Source of the DNA: Mizuhopecten yessoensis
Lineage: Eukaryota
Direction of reading: 5' to 3'
Length of the DNA: 64,000 bases
NCBI RefSeq assembly: GCF_002113885.1
Contig: NW_018408850.1
Coordinates: 222,739 to 286,738 of the forward strand
The notes beneath the pieces were generated by a model. That model made no database searches, was not told the DNA's origin, and saw nothing but the letters and a program-made list of their open reading frames with translations. Position 1 is the stretch's first letter. Each line of letters begins with the position of its first letter. The position numbers and the translations under genes are program-made. Positions 54,785 through 64,000 of the stretch are shown here, piece by piece.

Positions 54785-55715
54785 ATCAAGAGCCAGGGTC
54801 AAAGTCAGAGGTCCACTTTGTCTTTGACCTTTGGACCCAAATGCCCTTGACCATTAACCCAGCGACCCTGATCTTTGGTCAGTTGACTTATTCTATAATT
54901 CCGACCAACTTTGCTTCATAATATCATAACAAAATGTTCATCAGTGAAAAATACAAAACTTGACCTTGACCCCGTAACCTGGACCTAAGGTCAGTTGACT
55001 CTGTGTTAAGTTCTGAACAACATTGACATAATGTCATAACAAAATGTTCATAAGGGAAAAGGTACAACATTTAACCTTCACCTTTGACCCACTGACCTTG
55101 ACCTTTGATCAATTGATTCCTTGTTTAATTCTGAGCTACATTGCTTCAAAGTGTCATAGCGAAATGTTCACCAGTGAAAAGATACAAAATTTAACCTTGC
55201 CCTTTGACCCAATGACCTTGACCTTTGGTCAGTTGACTCTTTGTTTAATTCTGATCTACTTTGCTTCATCATGTCTTAACAAAATTTTCATCAGTGAAAA
55301 GATGCAAAATTTGACCTTGACCTTTCAATCTAATGACCTTGACCTTTGACCTTGACTTTTTACCTCAGTGTGTCTCTTTGTTTAATTCCGAACAACTTTG
55401 CTCCATAATGTCATAGCGAAATGTTCACCAGTGAAAAGCTACAAAATTTGACCTTGACCCCTGACCCGATGACCTTGACCTTTGGTCAGTTGACTCCTTG
55501 TTTAATTCTGATCAACTTTGCTTCATAATGTCATAACAAAATGTTCATCAGTGAAAAGATGTAAAATTTGACCTTGACCTTTGAACCTAATGACCTTGAC
55601 CTTTGACCTTGACTTTTTACCTCAATGTGTATTTTTGTGAACTGAACATCTTGACCAAGTTTCATGTACATCGGTCAATAAATACCAAAGTTATCAGCCA
55701 GGAACAAAATTTGTG

Positions 55716-55759
<44 letters not shown>

Positions 55760-55772
55760 ACTATAGGGCCCT
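54785..55772 (+). mobile_element. pearl/CvA-like (Helentron-associated) element with ~110-130-bp internal tandem repeats and (GACA)n
   Basis: About 6-7 repeats of ...CATAACAAAATGTTCATCAGTGAAAAGATACAAAATTTGACCTTGACCTTTGACC...; then ACCAAGTTTCAT, GGACGGACAGACAGAC and the end GTGATTACTATAGGGCCC. Confidence 0.75.
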
Positions 55773-56661
55773 AACTATATAAATTTACATGTAGGTCAAG
55801 CATGAGAATACCTTGAATGGGTTTATTTAGTTTAAACATATATTTATTGTTATAATCTCTGAACACAGGATTAGCCACAAGTTTCTCCAACTAATTATAT
55901 TAACACATTCTACAAATGAACTTAAATTTACAATAATAAGATAACAATAATATTGTGTTGAAATGGTCATCATAAGATAGAGTACCGAGTTACAGTTGAT
56001 AATGCTCCAACAACTGTGTTGTTAAACTCATGCATTCACCCCTAACAACACATTTGAACTCTTCCATTTCAAAGGTTGGAATAGTTCATTATGAAATTTC
56101 AGGGGTGAATGAGTTAAATTACAAATATTTATCTTTATGCATTTAAATGACTAATATATTATAAAGTACGTTCTAGCAGCCTATACCATAATCAGCTTAG
56201 TTTGCCATAGTATTTCTTTACTTAAGGGCTGAAACAATATATGAATAAACATATTTGCTGACCTAAACAAAATAAGATAAGCATGCAGAGAGAAAAAAAA
56301 AGTATTTTGTGATTATTCCATAGAGGTATGTTATACCTCAGCCCATACTGTCAATTATTTTACCTCTCCATTACCATTTGGTTGAAATAATCCTTTCAAG
56401 AAGTGTATTAATTAATGAAAAAAATAACATTGCCAATCAACTTCAAGTGGATGTTGTCCAGTCATCTTTACTGACTGACTTAACATTTTTTTTTTATCTG
56501 TATTGACTGTTCTCTAATACCATGACTGACTTAACAAATTTTCTTTATCTGTATTCTCTGATACCAGGACTGACTTAACAGGTAGAGGACTGATTTATGT
56601 TATTTTTTACAGGTACATGATGCAAAAGTCCTTTTGCATTTTTTTACCCAGAAAGTGTAGA

Positions 56662-57110
56662 TTAGTTACCCAATTAGTAGCGGGCAGGGTAAATATCTTG
56701 CAATTGTTCATTTACTTAGTTATCCGTGTGTCTGTGTGTTAGGATCTTGTTGGGACTTTAACTTTTAAAATCTTGAGGAATATTTGTATTATGTTGTATT
56801 GTGTGTATTGTGAAAAAACAGTGAGTCACTTACTGTATAATATTGTACCCTTATGTTCAAGGTCACATCAAGAGTTGAAATTCTTGCCATTATAAACGTC
56901 ACAAAACCTTTGAAGGTTATCAAGTAGATATGAATATTTTACCGTGAGGGTGTGTTGCTAGCCACATACAAGACCATAAAGGTCAAGGTCCAAGCAAGGG
57001 TCAAAGGTCAAAATACTGCAAGGATTGTTCACCATGGCTATTACAAAACCAAAGAATACTTTTTAATGAGACTTTCTAAAGGTCAAAGGTCAAATAATGC
57101 TTGTCCAGAC
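56662..57110 (-). mobile_element. Degenerate element of the same GGTCAAAGGTCA class, opposite orientation
   Basis: CCGTGTGTCTGTGTGT microsatellite remnant and repeated AAGGTCAAAGGTCA. Confidence 0.4.
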
Positions 57111-59974
57111 TATTCAATTTAAAAAAAAAAACCAGACATAATCAGCATAAGTCTGAGAGTTGATCCTATACTTAGCCAGAGCTTGATAAACTACTCATTT
57201 CATGATAACTTAGACAGGAAATATCAAATACAACCAGTTTTGCTATAGTCATTAATTTGTGATGTCTGTATTAAATTTCCTTGTGCTGTTACAATGGATA
57301 ATATTACACATATTACACATATAAAAAGTGATGAGGTTATTACACTGCATAACAGCCTGATCATGAGTGTGCGATAAATAAGTATAACACATGTCACATA
57401 CCGCTCTCCAATCAGTTAACTCAAGGTCGAAGGAAGGGGTCAAAGGTCAGATTGTCGAGTCATAGACAGTAACTTAAATTTGGATTGTGCTGTGGCAGTG
57501 CCTCCTGCAGAATACGTTTATATAATCGAACAGAGCTAATCTTTTACTGTGTGGTTTCTTTTTGTTCATGATATGTATTTTCAACAAACTGTTCAAAATG
57601 ATCAAGTGATTAAATCTTGGAACAGCCATTTTTGCATAAACAAAACCTTTGTGTTTTCTGTGTTTACTGGTGCTACCAGGCAAAAACAAAATTATCTGAA
57701 ATCATTCAGGAAATAATTTCTGTCATATTTTGAATTTGACGTCACTGTTATTAGCCCCCATTTACCTCGAATAGTAATTAAATGATGTAACAACTTGAAT
57801 AGTTTGTAATTTGAAACCATTCACGTAATGGTTCTGGCTGTGTTTCCTTCTAGTACATATATATATATTCTTGGTTTGTAAATGTATATCTATCTTAACA
57901 CACATACATACATGTACAACAGTAATAAAAGAAATATAATAAGGTCCAGTTATTGATTTTCTCCACCCTTCGCAGTATATTGATTCCCGACAAAGGAATT
58001 ATAAACACGTGTTTGTGCGTCTTAGCTCGCTCATCTATCACTTTGTTACCACAGGCAGTAGTGCAGGCCTGTGTTGACACTTCAGATTAATAATATAAAA
58101 CCTCTAGAAAAAATTAAAGGTAAAATGAATAAAGATATGTTCCGACAGAATTTTCACCGAAATTATTTGTCCTGGTTGTCGGCGCTGCCCCTAGCAATTG
58201 TCAGGTTAAATGCAGGCAGAGGTCATGAAGCACAAAAAGAACAGAATCCTTACAAGCTGGATGTCTAATTCAGTTAATTATGGTTTTATTGTACTCATGA
58301 TCTAGATGCAGTGAGATTTAGAATTGTACTTAGTCAGGAAATATATGCAGTACAAGCTGTGTTTTCACATTCACTCCTAGGAACATTATGTAATACTTCG
58401 ATCAATTAAGACATTTGATATCATGTGATGTAATACATTAGAAACATACGTTAAAATGCATTTTGTGAAAACTCATTCTAAGGTATAAAATCAGGATGGT
58501 AAATGAATTAGAATTTACCTGATGATGACAGCTGGTGATCCAATTTCAGTTTTGTGATGAAACCAGAATAGCACTATTTACCTGTTGAATAATACACACA
58601 CCTGAATCAGCTTCTGTATCTCTTAGGATTCTGCCATACTGGACTACAAGGAGGTGCTATAGCTTTATGCCCAGTAAACATGCATCAATTATGTATTATT
58701 GACCCAGGTGATAACACTACGGCAATATATTGCTTGGCTGCAAGGGAACCGCAGATTTTCTCCAGCTCTTCAAGGTGGTCTAGTGTAAAATTAGCCATGT
58801 ATATATATACTGCATCGCTGAAGATCTTAGTTTGCTGCAGGTAGATTCTGCGACTTGATCCTATCACATGTACTGGTACCAATGTAATTTTCAGAGTTAT
58901 ATCAAGTAAAGAAATTGATCAGCATGCCAAGTAAGTGTAATGTTAACTTTTCAGTATTTTTACACAGTTTTATGAGTTGACCTTGACGTTGTGTTGGTAT
59001 TATAGCCCCTTGTATTTCGTATCTACTGTCACTGTATGTGTGTCTATTGCTCCGACGTTGTTAATTGGACGGCATCCTCATCTGTAAATGTAAGTCATGA
59101 CTATAAAATCGAAACCGGCCACTGACATTGAATCAGGAATTCATTTTCTTGCCGTCGGGATGGGATTGAGTGTTAATGAAAATAACATAAACAGAAGAAA
59201 ACAAGTTTCTTCAGAATTGGATATAAAAAATAGTAGTTATTGGTTATTTTTTTCCCAACAAATTAATATTAAATATTCCCAATGTTTTGAGATATATTTT
59301 TTTCTAACCTGGATTAACTTGGACATCCCTCTAGAAGTTCTTCTTTTTTTAATTATACTCTTATTTTTTGCCTTTTATGTGATTTATTTACTTTTAAATG
59401 TTGATAGCTTTATCTGGACCGTGTGTCACGTGTAAACCTTCCTAAAATCCTTTAAAATATCAATAAATCTTCAATTTTGGCTCTAACAAAGTAATTAGAG
59501 GCTTCAGAATAACACAAATGATTCAATACTATGTTATATGCTATATAATTTATGTTTTAAATGTCTCACGAATTTCTCACGAATTCAGAGAAAAAATCTC
59601 ACTATTTTTGACCAAATCTCACTAAAAATAATCACTGATCTCACTATTTTGCACTGGAAAGTTATGGCATGTATGTCATCAGGTGTCAAATGGTCTTCAT
59701 TAATATGCATGGGAAACCAGTGTTTTGCTTGTGATGATCCAAGGAGGCATTCAATTTGATATATAGTACCAATTTTCATTGTCTGTGCTGAAGTAGTCTA
59801 CTTTTGATGATTGAACCAGGGGTCCTCGGACACATACCCAGGTAATACTGTCACCAGCAGTAAAAGTAATTTACTTGTAATGGACTGCGAGTGGCCTTTT
59901 TAACAATTATTTCTTCAGAACAGTATTGTTTCGATTATGTTTGACATGCAAGGAGCATTTGGTAACATCATTAG

Positions 59975-60377
59975 TTTGTCACTGTCAGTGATGGGCCAGG
60001 AACTCTAAGTAACATTTGTCACTGTCAGTGATGGGCCAGGAACTCTAAGTAACATTTGTCACTGTCAGTGATGGGCCAGGAACTCTAAGTAACATTTGTC
60101 ACTGTCAGTGATGGGCCAGGAACTCTAAGTAACATTTGTCACTGTCAGTGATGGGCCAGGAACTCTAAGTAACATTTGTCACTGTCAGTGATGGGCCAGG
60201 AACTCTAAGTAACATTTGTCACTGTCAGTGATGGGCCAGGAACTCTAAGTAACATTTGTCACTGTCAGTGATGGGCCAGGAACTCTAAGTAACATTTGTC
60301 ACTGTCAGTGATGGGCCAGGATCTCTAAGTAACATTTGTCACTGTCAGTGATGGACCAGGAACTCTAAGTAACATTT
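59975..60377. repeat. 40-bp minisatellite, 10 near-perfect copies
   Basis: TTTGTCACTGTCAGTGATGGGCCAGGAACTCTAAGTAACA; two substitutions seen, both near the end of the array. Confidence 0.97.
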
Positions 60378-61345
60378 TAACCCTGTTGGTATTAATTGGT
60401 GTCAATATTCAACCAGGAGGTCTTAGTAAGTAACAATTGTCACTACACACTGTATAGTTTTTTTTGACTTGTGATGGACGTTAGGTTACATTAATAATTG
60501 TTATTCCCGGGACAGTATGTGGCCTGTAATTGAACCAGGAGGCCTTAATTATTAGTATTGAGTAAACAAAAATGTCACGTTTTAATTGTGAATGGGCCAG
60601 GAACTCTTAGTAACATTTGGCGCTGTCTGTATTAATTTGTGTCAATGTTACACCAGGAGGCCCTAATAAGTAACAATTGTCACTGTCAGTATATATCTCA
60701 ATGTTACACCAGGAGGCCCTAATAAGTAGCATTTGTCACTGTCAGTACAGTGTTTTAATTGTGATTGGGCCAGGAACTCTTAGTAACATTTGGCACTGTC
60801 AGTATTAATCTGTGTCAATGTTACACCAGGAGGCCCTAATAAGTAACAATTGTCACTGTCAGTATATACGTCAATGTTACCCCAGAAGGCCCTAATAAGT
60901 AACAATTGTCACTGTCGGTATATACGTCAATGTTACACCAGAAGGCCCTAATAAGTAACAATTGTCACTGTCAGTATATACGTCAATGTTACACCAGAAG
61001 GCCCTAATAAGTAACAATTGTCACTGTCAGTATATACGTCAATGTTACACCAGGAGGCCCTAATAAGTAGCATTTGTCACTGTACAGTACAGTGTTTTAA
61101 TTGTGATTGGGCCAGGAACTCTTAGTAACATTTGGCGCCGTCAGTATTAATCTGTGTCAATGTTACACCAGGAAGCCCTAATAAGTAACAATTGTCTCTG
61201 TCAGTATATACGTCAATGTTATACCAGGAGGCCCTAATAAGTAACATTTGTCACCGCCAGTATATACGTCAATGTTACACCAGGAGGCCCTAATCAGTAA
61301 CATTTGTCACTGTCAGTATATACGTCAATGTTACACCAGGAGGCG
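60378..61345. repeat. Older ~54-bp two-variant satellite related to the 40-mer
   Basis: TCAATGTTACACCAGGAGGCCCTAATAAGTAACAATTGTCACTGTCAGTATATACG units alternate with GGGCCAGGAACTCTTAGTAACATTTGG units. Confidence 0.9.
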
Positions 61346-61548
61346 TCACCACATACAGTGTTTAACTTGAGATGGAAGGTTATATTGATAATTGTTATCC
61401 CAGGACAGCGTACAATTTATATTGCCTTTGATTGATCAACTGAGGAGGCTGTGATACCAATTGTTGCTTTATTTTGGTGCAGGATGTCACTTGTGATTGG
61501 ACAGAGTGGGTAGGTGGGTTGAGGGTTGATAATGGTTGTGTAATTATA

Positions 61549-62066
61549 TATAACAGGAGAAAGAGAAATACACGATCAAACCACGAATCAAACCCAGACC
61601 CTCTGAACTCTAAATGAACACTCTACCAATTGAGCTAATTACCTGGTTGCCGTCACGATCAACCCAGTCCAGTTGTGCTAAATTCCTCCCTCTTTTTTCT
61701 AAGCCTTTAATTGCCCCTGAAGACAACACTATTTACAACCCATATTTGGGTATCCATTTGCTTAGACTATACATCCAATGCTTGAAACAAGGGTTGGCAA
61801 GGTTGCCAATTTTGTAACAAGAGAAAGGGAATTTCTGCACAACCAGACTGGGACTCGAACCAAGGACCCTCCATACTTTAGACGGTCACTCTAGCTGCAA
61901 ATTGAGTTACCTGAGGTACCTGGTTGCTAGCAATCAACCCAGCCCAGTTGTGCTAAATTCCTCCCTCTTTTTTCTAAGCCTTTGCCCCAGAAGACATCAC
62001 TATTTACAACCCAGAGACTCGAACCGGGCACATTAATTGAACTCTAGATAGACACTTTACCAATTG
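61549..62066 (-). mobile_element. TRIM-like miniature LTR element, tandem, with tRNA-like A/B boxes inside the terminal repeats
   Basis: On the - strand: repeat 61957-61813 ending TGTTACA; PBS-like TGGCAACC; 130-bp internal region; PPT AGAAAAAAGAGGGAGGAA; repeat 61682-61549. A partial third unit extends to 62066. Confidence 0.65.
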
Positions 62067-63269
62067 TTTCAAGTTTATTTTACTTGAAAATATGGTGGAC
62101 CAGGAGGCCTTGATGTGTAGTGCTTAATTGTCACTGTCAGTATTGTATGAATGACTTGTTGAAAAATAAGCTCACCAGGGGGTTTATTTCTAAGAAATAT
62201 GTAATACACACCAAAATAGAAGTATTGATAATCAAATAGACCCCATATAAAAACAATAATGTTAAATGTTATACACACGTATAGATATTTATCAGTGCCT
62301 TTTCTATAGTCCAACTACATTGTGCATTGTACATTGTAACCTTAAATTTACTCATTAAATATACAGACACTATAATGTAGTCGCTTCTAATCAGGTTATC
62401 CCTCTCATGATCATGATCTGTCGTGGATTTAATTCCTGGACATACATTTAAGCTTGCCTGTCTGGAGATCAGGTTCAAAAGATTGTGTTTTTGATCATTT
62501 AAATTTTAGGGGTAGCTAGGTTATGTGAAAACTTGCCACCATTTACATGTTTTTGTTTTACTAGCATTTTTCTACTTTTTCTTGGATTAATCTTATCCAG
62601 ATTTAATTTCTTGATTTTTAAAGATAATCAACAAATATATTATGAATATCATACTATTCTGTACACAAGGATAGAATAAATTTGATATTCATATCTGATT
62701 CATTCATGTCCTTTGACTTACTGGATTGACAAATAGAGTTAACATTGACATAAGTACCAAACAACACTGCTGGCTGAATGGTGATGTATTTTTAATGGGA
62801 CTCCCCCGTACACGCTATGACATATTCCTTAACGTTGCTGTCTGATTGTATAACTTAAGTGTGCAACTGTAAGTAAAGTACTTTAATGACTTGAAAATGT
62901 CTTTCACAACACCGGGACACAACAATTTAGAAGTGGTAGTACATATATAATTATGGTCCTATATTTATAATTATAACACTGTCATCCATAAATTGTGTCC
63001 TGTATATATACAGTGCTCTAAAACACCTTGGAAATCAGCTGGAAGTCTTGTCCTAGCTTCAGTTTTAGAGACCAACAATGTGTATGGTTGATTTTTGGGT
63101 ATTCATATGTCACTGCAGTTACTTATAGTAATATATTACAATAAGAATATACCATATGAAGTACTTTGCAAGATAGTGCATTTATTATACATTTTACCAG
63201 TATATTCAAAAAATGTACTACCTCTATTTATTTGCTGTATATAATTAAACCTGTTCCATGTCTTTGATA

Positions 63270-63470
63270 ACAAAGGCATCTGACATTCTGCTACCACAAG
63301 CCCTCCACCACTGGGTCGCGGGTTCGAGGCCTGAGTGGGGTAGTCGCCAGGTACTGGCCATAGGTGGGTGGTTTTTCTCCGGGAACTCCGGCTTTCCTCC
63401 ACCACCAAAACCTGGCACGTCCTTAAATGACCATAGCTGTTAATAGGACGTAAAACACAAACAAACCAAA
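63270..63470 (+). mobile_element. tRNA-derived V-SINE-type element
   Basis: B-box GGTTCGAGGCC; V-domain-like GGTTTTTCTCCGGGAACTCCGGCTTTCCTCCACC; tail GGACGTAAAACACAAACAAACC. Confidence 0.8.
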
Positions 63471-63745
63471 CTGATAAAAGTACTTTTTGTCATTTATGAA
63501 ATTACTGTTAAAAAATCCTGTAGCTGTAAACATTGTACATTTTATCATACATTGTATCTTGACCATATGTAAGATGAGCTTCATGCTCAATATGTTATCA
63601 AGATTAAATAAAGCCTATATTTATAGCAATATTGTTCCACCTTTTTTTCTGTTTGAATTGAATTTGTAGAATTGCCTTAATTCTATTGCCATGTTTGATT
63701 ATGTCAGTGTGGGAATTTGAATTATTTTTTAATTTTTATCCACAG

Positions 63746-63844
63746 AACTAAAGCTACGGAACATGGAGCCTGACCCAGATGAACATTCTCACCCTGGGGA
63801 GGAAGGGCTAGTATGGACAGAAGAACATGCACAGCATTCTATAG
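63746..63844 (+). CDS. Exon of an unidentified gene continuing beyond the window (candidate start ATG 63763: MEPDPDEHSHPGEEGLVWTEEHAQHSI)
   Basis: Strong acceptor ttttatccacag and donor G|gtgaga; open frame; ACATGG start context; GC richer than the flanks. Confidence 0.55.
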
Positions 63845-64000
63845 GTGAGATACACATCTTCGGTTGAGCCAATTTCTTAATAGCTGATCATAAGTTTGCA
63901 CTCAATTATTAAGTTGTCACAGCATACAAAAATTGTAGCTTTCTTCATGAATTTTTTTATGGATGGTTATTGAACGGTATTTTAAATTATGCTTTATGAT

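Noticed and set aside
55044-55349. 101-aa LTFDP-repeat ORF
   Set aside because: Translation of TGACCTTTGACC modules of a non-autonomous element.
59975-60377. 40-bp repeats (also the 47- and 55-bp arrays) as CRISPR arrays
   Set aside because: Head-to-tail units with no unique spacers, no cas genes, and a eukaryotic context.

Overview
AT-rich, intron-rich animal genomic DNA. Gene families and repeat types suggest a bivalve mollusc, possibly a scallop (inference). Spliced genes reconstructed by hand from GT-AG boundaries and reading-frame continuity: (1) the 3' part of one and a complete second BHMT-like Zn-dependent homocysteine S-methyltransferase in tandem (+); (2) peroxisomal phytanoyl-CoA dioxygenase PHYH with an N-terminal PTS2 (+); (3) a two-exon BTB-domain/coiled-coil protein (-); (4) a ~855-aa chitobiase-type GH20 beta-N-acetylhexosaminidase (-); (5) one exon of an unidentified + strand gene at the right edge. 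The rest is SINEs, LINE fragments, pearl/CvA-like elements, palindromic MITEs, a TRIM-like mini LTR element, many minisatellites and one assembly gap. I found no convincing novel multi-gene system. The most unusual structures are: a ~40-copy minisatellite grown out of a PHYH exon/splice-donor junction, with self-pairing units, a fold-back inversion and an immediate in-frame stop; a one-sided gene conversion that replaced the 3' end of BHMT copy 1 and left its old C-terminus stranded downstream; duplicate MAAK first exons with different promoter motifs; and a TRIM-like element whose terminal repeats contain tRNA-type A/B boxes. Most ORFs in the supplied track are spurious or partial exons.
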